From NCBI RefSeq assembly GCF_025526975.1, contig NW_026515676.1, positions 496,001 through 560,000 of the forward strand: a stretch of DNA of 64,000 nucleotides. Reading direction: 5' to 3'. The translations under genes and the position numbers were made by a program. The notes beneath the pieces are model-generated. The model was given only the letters and a program-made list of their open reading frames with translations, was not told the DNA's origin and did not search any database. Positions 1 to 12,695 of this stretch are shown in pieces. This DNA is from Fimicolochytrium jonesii (Eukaryota). Position 1 is the first letter of the stretch. Each line of letters starts with the position of its first letter.

Positions 1-1584
1 GTATGCTGATTGAAATCCCCGGCTGTAGATACGCCTTTCAGGACGATAGTTGGCTGTTCATGATCACGGATTTGATGGCTGGAGGCGACATGCGTTTTCA
101 TATCGACCAGAGGCATGGATTTCCGCATGAATCTGTGAGAATCATGGCGGCCGAGTTGGTGTGCGCTCTCGAATACCTGCATAAGAGGAATATTGTGCAC
201 CGGGATGTGAAGGTGAACCAGCTTTGTTGTCCCCGCATCCGTGAAGTTCATGAATTGACTCTTCCTGGCTTGATTCAGCCCGACAATATCTTGTTTGACG
301 AGAAAGGACATGTTCATCTGACGGATTTCAACATTGCGGTGCACTACAATAGGAAGAAGTACGTTTCCTGCTTGTGATTAGGGTGCTGTGATTTGGCAGC
401 AGGTCGCTGATCGCGAGAACCACAGCAAGCTCACATCTGAATCGGGGACGCTGAACTACATGGCCCCGGAGGTTTTTACGAAAGTCGGGTACAGCTGGCC
501 TATCGATTGGTGGGGTCTGGGAATCGTCATTTTCGAAGCCCTGTACGGACGAAGACCGTTCCGCAGCGGCGAGGACGATAATGTTGTCAAGGACAACATA
601 TGCCATCAGGAATTGGAATTTCCGGATCGGAATTTGCTCGATGCCAAACCAGTAGAGCTACCGCTAGAGGTGGAAGACTTCATACGCCGCCTGGTTGAGC
701 GCGACGTAAGAAAACGAATCGGGTGCGGAATCATGGGTGTGGAAGAGATTGAAGCCCATCCGTGGTTTCGAGGAATCAACTGGCAAACGGTGGAGAAACT
801 AGAACTACAGCCAGTTTTCGTCCCCGACGCCACGCGCGGAAACTACGATCCATTATTGGATCTGGAAGAAATGTTTGCAGACACCGAACCATTAGCCTAC
901 AAATCCAGACAGAAGAAAGCACCGAAGGCGAAATCGCAAGATCTTGCTGTAGTAGATGCGGACACGCCGACAGCTGGAAAGGAAGTTCGAGACGAACGAT
1001 GCTTGACGAGCCCTATCGAACATAGCGACGAGAACAGCCCTTCCGCGCCAAACCAGCCGGAACGAACACCAGAAGAGATAATGCAGAGGGAGCTCGATTA
1101 CCTTGACGAGCACTTCAAACACTTTGACTACAGCGTCTACGAAAGCTATAGAGGATTCGTAGACGAGAGGACGATGAGCGTGTCGGAACAAGTTCCGGAG
1201 TGGGTCAAAAATCTAGATGAGGCGGGCACATCCCCAGTATCAATACCAGCCCCGCTACCAGAGCGGACATCTATGGCCTCCAGCATCCTGGAGTCCCCGA
1301 TAGGAACGCCTCCTGCCGAGTTGAGCCGGATGGGCAGCCTTGTGATGAAGACTGTGTGGGAACCACCACGGGCTCCACCACCACCAGAGGAGTTTGTCGG
1401 CAATGAAGGGTTGTTCGATCCGGAAAAGTCGACGGGAGATTTATCTTTCCCACGGGCATCTGCCGCGCCAAAGTCAGCTGGGCCAGCTGTTTTCGACTCG
1501 ACAGCGCCGGGCTGTCACGGCCAGCAGGACTATGACTTGGCGACGATGCACAAGGAAGCGAGACAGTCGGTTGCCACATTATAG
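1..1584 (+). CDS. AGC-group Ser/Thr protein kinase, STK32/YANK-like (5' end outside window; spliced)
   Basis: Kinase motifs DLMAGGDMRFHI, HRDVK|PDNILFDEKGHVHLTDFNIA, GTLNYMAPE, DWWGLG and an AGC C-terminal tail (HPWFRGINW...PVFVPD...NYDP..DLEE). GT-AG introns at ~213-279 and ~359-412. Confidence 0.85.
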
Positions 1585-1891
1585 TAGCTTTCTCTTCGTT
1601 GAGGGGATCTACACTTTTGGACAGGGAGGTTGTTCGGGATCACTGCATGTAGATTTAAGTAGAGGCATAGTTCTTTTTAATAGACTTGTTGTGTTCTTAT
1701 GGCGGTTGGGATCCGCCGAAGCGCGTTTATCACTGCGCTTCCAATTCGTCGTAGATCCCACCAAACATCTCCCCTGGCTGGCCCCTCTCAGAATTGCCCA
1801 CTTTCCCACGAGCATTACTTGAGAGATAGAAGAGGTCCATATCATTCTCCACAAGTTTGTTGTTTGTCTAGCAGACACACACACCAGCGCC

Positions 1892-4800
1892 ATGCCTCGG
1901 ACGCAAGACTCGCTCCTTCGCAGCCAGAGGGGCACAACGCCCTCTCAGCAATTCGCCAGCTTGCAGACTCGGCATTCCGTCCACGGAAGCTCCCTCCAGA
2001 GGCCACGCATCCCTCGCTTCACAACCGACTATCGCCACTCCATGGGCCCGGGCACTGCGCCTTCCTTGCAAGTTGTGGGCGTGGAGGGCGAAGACGGGCA
2101 ACGGCTCGACGGCGTCGCTTTCGATAGTCACCCGTCGCTTGTGAGCGACAGTTCGGAGAACGGGTTGGACGGGCATGAGGATAATGGAAACGAGTCGGGG
2201 TTTATGACGGAGGAGGAGAGGGCTGCACAGGAAAACAGCCGGACCTTGCGGGATGTACAGGAGGTACGTTCACCGTCGCCTCGCGGAACGGGAGAGAAGA
2301 CCTCTGTGGAGTAGAAGTCGAATGTTCCCACTCATATTATCGTACGTTCTTTCGTAGGCTATCAACATCAAGCACCCTTTCGGTCTTCGAATTTGGAAAC
2401 CAGCACTGTACCGCAAATTTAGGAGTATCGACACGAAAACCTACAAAGCCCTGCATGCCGTACCGGGGGAGAAGCCTGCTAGGCCGTTATACCTCAATCC
2501 CGGGAATGTTCTATGGTGTCTCCTCTTTGGATGGTGGATTTCACTGGTGTATGTTCTGGTGGCACTCCTCGTGCTGGCACCAGTCTCGCTTGTGGGCAAG
2601 GTCTTTGCTACGATCTGGTTTTGTGGACGCAAGAGAGAGCCCATGCTGTTTGGCATCAAGACGTTCTTGCCGTGGTTCTTTTTGGAACTGGAACATTGCT
2701 GGCAATACGCGAAGGTAACGTCTTCCCGTACTCCACTCTCTTCCACCCCCCTGCTGATGTATACTTTCACCACAGGTCCTGTTGAACATATCTGGATATA
2801 TGTTTTGGCCGTTTGGAAAGTTCATTGCCAAGAGGCGCATGTATCATATGATCTTTGAGCAGGAGGATGCGCTCGACGGTAGCCACGCCGATGAGCAAAC
2901 GAGTCTCTTGGGCGATTACGACCAGGAAACTCCAGGAGCGCATGAGGACACTTACGTCGTGGGCATCTCGGACGAGTCAGTCCCTTACGACTCGCAGGAA
3001 AGGGCCGTCAACGGGTCAGCACCCAAGTTCTCTCCCCATCACGGAGATGAAGATGCTGGAAACCTCTCGGACGAATCGGAGGATTCGTGGCGCGAATATC
3101 AGTCCTCGAGCAGGCGGTACAGCATCACAGTTTCCCGGGCCATTCATTGGCAGGAGTGGGTCCCACGATGGATTCGCAAATTGTACAGCGCAGGCCTCTC
3201 CGGTTGTCTATTCCGTCTCTGCGTGATCGTATTGATTGGCCCACTTCACCTGGTGATCACATGCGCATGCACGTTCTTCGTCTTCTCTTTACCGATGGCA
3301 AAGCTGAACTACGTCTTGCTCAAACACCTTCTTCGACACCCATTGCAAATCTCGGCACATACGCCTGTCAATGCGCCTAGTCCGGGGGACAGACCTAGCC
3401 GTAGAGCAGCGATCAAATCCCGCGCCTCTGCTGCTTGGAGACGGACAAGTCAGTATATCTGGCGACCAGCTTCGATTCTGTCCGATACCGCCCAGCCGAT
3501 CGCCATTCCTACGACTCTCGGTACACCCACTGTTATGCCTACAGGCGCCGTCGCCCAAGGACCACAGCTGGCACCAGAGTTCCAAGTTATTCTTTGCACG
3601 TACAACGCGCTAGGATGGGAGTACTACAAGTACACCATCGATGGGATCAACATCATCTTCATTAACTTGATTGCCGTGGTCGCCTTCGCCCTGCTCGATT
3701 TTTACTTCATCGGACCAACTTTCGGGTTCCACGGTATCGCCTCCATGAACGTCATCTTCTCGGCCAGTCTGATATCCTCGATCCCGCTGGCGTATTTCAT
3801 CGGAATGGCTGTCGCTTCCATCACTTCCGAAACCGGTTCTCTTGCTATTGGTGCTGTCATCAATGCCACTTTCGGTAGTATTATCGAAATCATCCTTTAC
3901 ATGCTCGCCTTGAGTGAAGGAAAGACACGTGTGGTTGAGGGAGCGGTCGTTGGGAGTCTTCTCGCTGGACTGCTCGCATTGCCCGGTGTGTCCATGTTCT
4001 TCGGCGGGATCAAAAGGAAGGAACAGCGCTTCAACGCCAAAGCAGCTGGGGTCACGGCCACCATGCTTATCATGGCGGTAGTTGGATGTTTCACGCCGAC
4101 GCTGTTCCAGGAAATCTACGGTACTCAAGAGCTCACGTGCTTGACATGCCCTAAACTTGGGGCACTAGAAACCGCTGATGCTCCCACAACGCTGCTACAC
4201 AGGTGCATTGGGTGCAGAATGCGGTCTACCCCACCTTTCCGTGACTCCATTTACGTTGGAAGCACCAGGTATCTGGTGTACTTCTGCAGTGGTCTGCTTA
4301 TCCTTATGTACGCTGTCGGACTCCTGTTCACGCTCCGGACCCACTCCCGTGTGATCTACGCCAAGCCGAAATCCAGCAAGCGAAAGAACAAGTACCGGAA
4401 GCACCGAGTGAGCAGATTTGTGAAGAGGAGCGACACTGGCGGAGTTGCGCCGTCGCCGGCATTATCCGCTCAAGGAGTTCCTCACGAAAAGGACACATCC
4501 GGCGCAGGAACTCCATTGGAAGGCCCCTCAACGCATTCTAGGGGTTCCGTCCACAGCACGCTTCGCGGAAGGAAGACAGCATTCCGCACATCCCAAGTGC
4601 CGTCCGAGAACAGCGGGGAGCCAAGTTTGAGCGAATATCCGTTCCCCTTCGTCAATGGAGAGCATCTGAACCCGGAATCTGCTCGATCTTCCTCGCCCAG
4701 TAACCGACGCTCGTCAGAGGTCCCCAGCACTCCCATGTCACCTTCGCTACCTCCACGCCGCAGTGTACATACAACTGGCGGTGTCATCCTCGTGCAGGAT

Positions 4801-5669
4801 CCAGATCCGGTCGTCGCTGTACAACAGGGCGATGATTGGGATAGTGCGTCGGCTCATTCTTCGGATGAGGATGACGATTCCGTGGCGGACGGAGGGCATG
4901 ATCACCCGAACTGGGGCTTGACCAAGAGCGCGATCGTTCTGCTGGGATGTACGGTGCTGTACTCCCTCGTTGCCGAAGTTCTGATATCCAGTGTGGACAG
5001 TGTCGTCGAGAAGATGGGGATTGGAGAGAAGGTTCTGGGAGTTACGTTGTTCAGTTGGGTTCCTCTTGTGACTGAGTTCTGTGAGTACCGTGGTTGATGC
5101 ACCATTCGATTCCGTCCCGGTAATTTACATACGTCTGCTGATAATACTGTTATATCTCCTCAGACAACGCTATTGCCTTTGCCATGAACAACAACATCGC
5201 CCTTTCTCTCGAGATCGGATCCGCGTACGTCATGCAAGCCGCGATGCTCCAAATCCCCGTCATCATCTTCTTCTCCAACATCTACTTTCCAACAACCCAA
5301 AAGCCCATCACGGTCCCCGACCCAGATCCCGACCACGACCACGACATGTTAGCCACTTCAGCCAACCGTCTTCCGAGTTTACCGTTACGCAACCTCTTCA
5401 ACCGCGTCTTTGGGCCAGGGTCTCCGTCGTCGGCGGAGATGCAATCCGCCTCCCAACAACACGATTGGACCCGCGCGGGACCTCATCACCACGCCGAAGG
5501 GTTCACGATGATTTTCCCGCGGTGGGACCTCTACGCCGTCATATTCGGCACCTTTATCCTCACCTACATCTACATTGAGGGTAAGGCCAACTACTTCAAG
5601 GGGTCTATGCTTCTTGGGGCGTATGCCGTGTTGTGTGCCGTCTACTTCTTCGAACCGAACTGGGATTGA
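1892..5669 (+). CDS. VNX1: Vacuolar cation/H+ exchanger, VNX1-type (CAX family with N-terminal YccF-like region)
   Basis: Splicing out 2264-2357 gives TLRDVQE|AINIKHPFGLRIWKPALYRKFRSID, a Vnx1 signature. Also YYKYTIDGINIIFINL, alpha-1 repeat GAVINATFGSIIE, GGHDHPNW, alpha-2 TEF|..NAIAFAMNNNIALSLEIGS and EGKANYFKGS. Confidence 0.9.
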
Positions 5670-6260
5670 GAGGCGGCTGGTATCTTTTGCGGCATTGGGC
5701 GGAGCTCTGCTACCTTCGTCGTGCCGATATTTTTTTCGAGCCAAGCGTATTGCGTATTTTGTCTTCTCCACATCGTTCTCGTAACGCGTTTCTTGCGAGT
5801 CTCCCTGCTCTCGTGGGGCGCCTTCTGTATATAGCTTTTCACACATATTCGCCTGTGTAGCCTCCCTTTCGTTCCCATGTTTTGCTCCCCCATGGCCGCC
5901 TCGCCAAATCTGGTCGCTGTATCTCTGTCAGGCCGTCGATGCATTTCCTGTGGATATTGAATCAATTTTGAATGTGGCATTACACCTTAGATCGAGCGAT
6001 CCTCAGATTCATGTAGGCCAATATGATGTAATGAATCCTTTACGACTAAGGTAACACTCATAGAACTGGTACAGAGGGAAACTCCACTAAAAAGAATCGC
6101 GCCTTGATATCCGGAATGTATAGAAAGGATCCGGGTTCTACTGCGATGCGAGCACCTATTCTGAAGACATCTACACCGACTCCCTTGCTGCCATCGCCAG
6201 ATTCGGTACGCTCGCTTCCACAAATCAGGAATCCCTCCGTCGTCCTACGACCTATCAACT

Positions 6261-7845
6261 CTACGCCGACTTCCGCCTCTTTGGTTTCGCAGCCACCAAA
6301 AACTTATGCAGATCGCACTTGATCACGCCGCAGAGCGGTTTATATGCGAGACGATTCACTTCAGGGAAGAAGACTACGCCTGCGGCGCGTTCGACGGCTA
6401 GAGAGCGAGTGAGTGAAAGATATCATGAGCAAGTGATGCGAAGGATGCCCAGGGGCGGACGGGAAGAGGTGCCAGCTTACCATCCAAAGGCAAGACAAAC
6501 TCTTGCAACGGTACGTCGCCGATCTCTGTGTTGGGCAGGACAAATGTCGCCATGGCTTCGGTTTTGCCCTTGACGCCCAAGACAACTACCGAAAAGTGGC
6601 GGTCAGTACAGGACCCGGATACATCAGAAAGATCACATTTGGACCCGTGTATCATCGCCAACCAAACCTTTATAGAAATGCGTCGGAACAGCAACATTCG
6701 GCGGATTCCCAATCATCTCATACTTGACATAATGCTTCCCATCGTCTTCCAACTTGGGCAGGTACAAGGGTCCCGTAATGACGTAGACGTCGTCGAAGTC
6801 CTTTGTGAGGGTGCGCACGAAATGCTCAAAGTAGAACCAGTAGTTGCGATTGAAGCCTTTGCCGACTTGCGGGCTGATGTTTGTCACTTTTTGGAGGAAG
6901 GGGTGAATTTATGCATAGAGGGGAGGGTGGGTGGGTTTGAATTGGGCTTACAGAGGAAGGTTTCGTCCATGGCGTCTTGCGATTCGACCACATCTGCTGC
7001 CGGGACGAGATGGCCCCTGTAGCGTGCGGATCATCACATCAGCAGATGCCCTCCTCTTACGCAACCCATCCAATGCAACGATCGACTGCTAATGCATGCA
7101 TATAGCCAACCTATCGAACCCTGATCCCACGAAATCCTTCAAATGTGCGCGAAATAGCCGAGGAATCTGCTGGTCTTCCCGGAAGGCAGATTTCTGCCGG
7201 TCCGGCTTCTCCTCATCCAACGCCGCTTCGAGTAGGCCCGCTACTCCAGGGTTCGCCGCTACAGAGCGAGCTGTCAAATGCTCTGCTACCTGTCATCCGC
7301 ACGAGAGGACGCTGTTTGAGCCACAAATGTGCGAGGCGGGGGACGGATGCCATCAAACTGCCACTCGTACCCAGTTGGGGTTGCGCAAAGACCTGTTGTA
7401 AGAGCCCACTGTACAATGAATCCTCTCTTAGTTTTTCTGGGTCTCACCCCAGGGTCTGCATAGCAGCATAGCTCACCGTACGCCGTCCGATACAAGAGGT
7501 CAGAAACCGGGCCTAGACAGCCAACGCTGTTTATGAGTGAGCTGACTAGCTTGCGGAAAAAAGGTAACCGACCGCCCAGCCTCAGCTTATACCTGGGAAC
7601 CCATATTTCATTATTTCCTTCGCCGCGGTCATATGAGCCGGTACTCCCAAAGTTGGCGGACTCGAGACCGGCACATGACTGACAGGCCCCTCGGACGCTG
7701 GCGGCGGCCTCACATTCGGCGTTGCAGGTGCACGAGTGCCGAGATGATATAGCGTTGCCGCCGTCACACCTCCCAGTAGACCGCTGCCGAACACCAGTAG
7801 ACCGCTGCCGAAGACGCCTAGTGTGTAGTTCCGTATGGACGGCAT
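6261..7845 (-). CDS. NUC1: Mitochondrial DNA/RNA non-specific endonuclease (EndoG family)
   Basis: Exons give IMKYGFPG, VAEHL, FREDQQIPRLFRAHLKDFVGSGFD|RGHLVPAAD, FL|LTNISPQVGKGFNRNYW and VAVPTHFYK. Terminal exon ...FFPEVNRLAYKPLC...KSA* ends at 6261. Confidence 0.9.
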
Positions 7846-9348
7846 TATGCCTTTGGAGATGTGTGCAGGGCTGGGAATTTGTCCCTCCTCCTTCAGCGTT
7901 CAACGTGTCAAGGAGGTATATAATGGTGCACCATGCAACATGACCGCTTCATGCCTAGACATTACAGCGCTGTCCGACGCTTTTGGGCTACAACTTATGC
8001 TTCGCCCATGGCCCATGCCCACTAGGTAGCCGACTTCTGCCAAAGTTTGTCCAGCTCCGCATACGCGATTCCGCCGTACACAAAGGCCGTCTTGTCAGTG
8101 CCGTACGCTTTCAGAAGTCCTCCGTTCTCAAATCACAGTGGGACATTCCAATTGTCGGCCATGATGTGCCATGTCTCAAAATCTTATATTTCCCTGCAAT
8201 CTGTGTATTTGCCAAAAAATCGTAGTATTCAGAGAGCGACTATGACGAGGCCCTATTGGCTTGAAGGCTTGATATCGTTCGCGCGGGCTGCGTTTCCAGC
8301 GCCTTCCTCGCTTTTCCCAAGGGTCGCCGTGTTCGCATCTTGACCTCGAATGGCCGTCGGGCCGAATGTGCTTGTGGTACGCGTTTCTGTGGTTGGAGCT
8401 AAGCTGTTTTCGGAAGGATGTCCAAGAACGACCTGAAATGGGAAGTAGTCTAGTGATTAGGACAGTCCTCGCAGGAAGAAGGAGAAACTTGCACCATTAT
8501 ATACCTCCTTGAACTGTTGGACGATAGGCTTCTCACGCTCGTCGATGTCAGGCATGTTGAAGAGTGGTGGTGATTGGATGTTTTTTGGTCGAATATGTCA
8601 ATCTACTCGAAAAGATAGCGGGTGCTCTGTCCATGGCAAGCGCTTTATACTACATTGTACCCTCTCACCGAGCAGGTATGGCGTCACAGATACGTTATTC
8701 AAGTTTTGACACCATTTCGACAGGACCACATGGTATCTCCCCGCCTTTGGAGTTGTTTCTTCCGCGATATTACTTTGAATGGAACTTACCTGACTATGGG
8801 ATCCGCAAGGGTTCCGACTTCTTGCGCAATGCCAAACTTATTGGGCATTGACGGTGAATAGGTATATGGAGCAAGTCTCTCCGATACGGCGACGGATGCT
8901 GCATTATGCTCCGTACGTCCATCATCTTGTCTACATGCTATGTCAAACTGAGGAGCTTATAGACCGAGGAAGTCTCCAGAGTCGTTACGGCTGACAACCT
9001 GAACATCAGAGCTACAGTATACGGTGACTGCTTTGGCGGCGCAAGGTGGGCAGCTGAGGGTAAGACTGGCTTCGATGCGATGTGGCGCGTGTGGCTTTTG
9101 CACGGCGAGGCGCCACTTGGGGCAACCTCCGCGAACTCGCAACCTCAACATCACCCATTGGGGACTGTTACTTCGGTGGTTTCAAAAGCCATAACGCTCT
9201 CGCCATCAAGGGTAGCTTGGCCTAAGTGGTTACGTAGTAGTGAAGCCGCCAAGACTCGCCGCGAAGCGACTGACCGCGGAAACCTGTCTGTTTAGCGTTC
9301 CATTGAAGAACGACATTGAACGGACGCATTGGACAGCGAGCAAAGAAC

Positions 9349-10870
9349 ATGTCGCTACAACAAAGCTTCAGGTTAACGAGAGCGGTCGCTCAGAGGTCGA
9401 GGGGGTCAGCGAGCTGCTGTTCGTTAGCAGGGGAGCGCTGCGAAGGTCTGCAAACACGGATACTACCCACTCAATCCCGACAACGAGATCAGCGATCTTC
9501 CCACAGCACGCTGGCTTCGCTACGCACACCATTCCTATCCACCGCCATTGTTTGTACATCCACCTCTGTCCTTCGTTCCCCCGCATCTCTCCTTCCGTCG
9601 CCAACACATGTACCAGTTCGGCATTACGATCGCCAAAAGTACCTGAAACAGAAGAAGGCACTGAAAGCCAAACAGAACCAAGAGGACATCACGCTTGAGG
9701 ATGGACTGGAAGTGTTTCGCGTATGTTCGTGCGGATGTATCGAATTTGGGGTTTTTTTTGAGATTGGGGCTGATGGAGATATGGAACTGCTATGTAGAAA
9801 TATTGTCTTGGCGAAAACAGGCTCTTCTCCGCGCACGTACAGGTCTTGAGGCAGGAAGAGGGACAACGGCCTATTCGAGGAGACGTAGCGCTACCAAATC
9901 AGGTCTCGGCGGAAGATAAGGCCATTACGCTCGTGTTTGCCACGGTAAGCGGAGATGAGATAGACTCAAAGCCCCGGCGGCGCAGAGCGAGTCACTGACA
10001 TTCAACATCCTACAAAAGGGAGAGGCAGCAGATGAGGCGAAGCGATTGGGTGCTCACATTGTCGGAGGAAAGGAACTCATTGAAGAGGTACGTATCAATG
10101 TGCGGCAGATGAAAGTCGAACGAGATCCCGATCTGAACCTCTCTATCCAATAGATCAAGGCGGGCAAATTGGACTTCGACAAAGTGTTATCTACGAAGGA
10201 GATGTTCCCAGCAGTCATTGAAATCGCGCGTATACTCGGTCCCAAGGGGCTGATGCCAAGTCCTGCTAAGGGTGGGTGTCATACACTGATTTGGTGATGG
10301 CCGAATATTGCTCCACGTGGTCGGAGCTGTACTATATCACCTACGCATACTGAACTCCTTCGATTATAGGCACTGTATCTGACGACATATCATCGATGAT
10401 GAGTTCCCTTCGTGCTGTTACGAAATTCGAAGTGGACCCGGACGGTTTTATACATATGGGTACGGTCGCTGATTGTTCCTTGGAAAGGGCGTTCAGCAGA
10501 CGCTTACTTTTATCGCTTTGGTATTTCAGAGATTGGGAAAACGTCGTGGTCGGATGATAAGCTCTTAGGTAGGCCGAATGTACTCCCGGATGTCGTCTGT
10601 GGGCAGTCTGCTGAATGCGCGTTGAATCCATAGATAACATCAAAGCGTTCGTGGCGGCGGTGGTGAGTGTGCGACCGCCAAAGACAGATGGTAGGTTCCT
10701 CATATCATATTGGTGTGCATCACGTTCCATCCGAACTCACACTGATACTCTCTCGCCTCCATGTAGCCACGAAGTTTATTCAGAGCGTGAGCATCTCTGC
10801 AAAATACACGGCAGGAGTGAATCTGCCACTGAAGCCTTTCAAAGCGCTTTCGGGTACAGCTAAGAAGTGA
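9349..10870 (+). CDS. MRPL1: Mitochondrial ribosomal protein uL1m
   Basis: Arg/Ser-rich presequence, then uL1 motifs across exons (LVFAT, GAHIVGGKELIEE, FDKVLST, IARILGPKGLMPSPAK|GTV, IGKTSWSDDKLL|DNIKAF). Confidence 0.85.
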
Positions 10871-11254
10871 TAGAAAGAGAAGCATAGAGATGGTAGCATA
10901 GATTTGGGCTACTTCTGAATGTGAATATGAGCGTCGAACGCGCATGCTGAGAAGCCTAGTATTCAGTATGGAGTCGGGGGAGACGGTCGGAAACGCAAGG
11001 CTGCGGACGTAGGGGTGAACGCAAGCCTCCATGTTGGGAAGTCGCGGTAGCGAAGGCGTATGAAGACCTGAAGTAGAGGCGTGAAGAAACAACCACATGA
11101 CAGACACACCTTTCATATCCTCCTGCTCATACTGTAAAAACCCATCGCTGCTTATGGACCACTCCAGTAAGAAGATCGATTGAATTATACTACATCTACA
11201 TGCGCGGCATAGCAGACGTCCTGCTCAAAGCTACTCATGCAACCTATTACTGCT

Positions 11255-12109
11255 TCACCACTCGACATGCTTCCGATCTCTGTAAAATAGACCGTTTTCC
11301 AACTTCCCACCCTCCAAAATCTCCTGCTTGTCTGCTGTTGCCAACCACACCGGGGTTTTGGCTCCATCCTCTACACTCAGATGTGCGGCTTCTCCGCCCA
11401 TGTTTGTCCTAACCCATCCAGGACAACATGCTGCAACCAAGATGTTCTTGGATGTGATTTCTGGTTGCCTAGCGAGCACTCGGGAGAACGCGGTGACCCC
11501 AACTTTGGACACACCGTAGGCCTGTTGGGGCCAACCTTTGCTTGCGTATGTCCCGTCCGCGACCGAAGCGACGAACTGATCCATCAGCTTGTCGAGGCCG
11601 TCAAGTGTCAGACTCTTGGATGAGAACTGGTCTTGAAGCTCCTTGGAGACTTGTCCGAGCCTTCCCATCGTGGAGCTGACATTGACTATCCTGCCATTTT
11701 CGGGTATGAGAGGCAAGAACGCCTGAGTTGTTTTGCGGGTTCCGGTATAGTTCGTAGTGACGGTCCACTTGGCAATCTCCCCGTCGAAAGCGCTTCCCTT
11801 AGCGGCGACGCCCGCATTGTTGATCAGCACGTTGACGATGCCCGCCTCGCTCTTCACACGCGCAGCGGCGGCATTGATGCTCGCCTCGTTAGTTACGTCG
11901 AGGTGCAAGAATGCGATCGACGTATCGGCTGGCAAGCCGTTCTTCAGCTCGTCGACGGCCTCGTTGCCTCGCTTTTCGTCGCGCGCGGCGAGGTAGATGA
12001 GAGAGCTGGTCGGGCGGTGGGCCAGTTGAGCTACGATGGCTTTACCAATACCTTGGTTTGCGCCAGTTACGATGGCGACGAACTTGCTGGTGTTGGGTGC
12101 GGACGGCAT
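11255..12109 (-). CDS. Short-chain dehydrogenase/reductase, carbonyl reductase (CBR1-like), intronless
   Basis: TGANQGIG Rossmann motif, LINNAG, GRIVNVSS, catalytic YGVSK, ACCPGWVRTNMG and GAKTPVWLA. Confidence 0.92.
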   Translation of the reverse strand: MPSAPNTSKFVAIVTGANQGIGKAIVAQLAHRPTSSLIYLAARDEKRGNEAVDELKNGLPADTSIAFLHLDVTNEASINAAAARVKSEAGIVNVLINNAGVAAKGSAFDGEIAKWTVTTNYTGTRKTTQAFLPLIPENGRIVNVSSTMGRLGQVSKELQDQFSSKSLTLDGLDKLMDQFVASVADGTYASKGWPQQAYGVSKVGVTAFSRVLARQPEITSKNILVAACCPGWVRTNMGGEAAHLSVEDGAKTPVWLATADKQEILEGGKLENGLFYRDRKHVEW

Positions 12110-12695
12110 TTTGGCGGTTCTTCGGGTCGAGAAGAAGGATTTGAAGTCTGATGACTTGTAACGTCTTCCGGTCTGGGTGGTGGGTTCTCGGCTTTGGCAG
12201 GCGTGCCTTGTATGCGCCGATTCTGGGCCAGTAATGAATCCAGCTAAGCACTACGCGTAGCTAGTGGCTGCTTCCTATTGCATCGGCCCTATAGCCATGT
12301 TGATAAAGGTGTGGAGTCGTCCAATGGTCACGGGGGTTGCCACCATGTCATCTAGGCTTCATCAGCTTCATACCCAGCTGAGTTTCGTCCAGAGGTATTC
12401 GCATTCGAAAATATAGGGGTCGACGCGTGATGAATGTTCGGACGATACCAGGGACGATACCAAAACGCAGGAGGAAGCCAAGGCCTATTGCCCACTGAAC
12501 TCGTTCGGAAACAGCTCCGTCCAACGTACGGATACGTCGTCCAAGGAGGGCGCTCTCTGCTAGAGGAGCAGGATTCTTCTAGAAGAAGGACTCCCCGTCG
12601 TACACTCCCATTCACTCAAGGCCGTTCCCACGAGCGATACATATACATAGCACCGGTCGCACCGTGTAATAGCGGGGCAATTAAGAACTGTTCAT

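Noticed and set aside
1892..2314. 140-aa ORF as a separate gene or kinase extension
   Set aside because: It splices (2264-2357) into the conserved Vnx1 motif, so it is VNX1 exon 1.
8240..8950. Short ORFs and intron-like signals between NUC1 and MRPL1
   Set aside because: No recognisable domain and no consistent exon chain.
8966..9166. GAGGAAGTCTCC ... TGGGGACT as RNase P/MRP CR-I/CR-V
   Set aside because: It lacks the bulged-U P4 geometry and the CR-V context, so it cannot be called.
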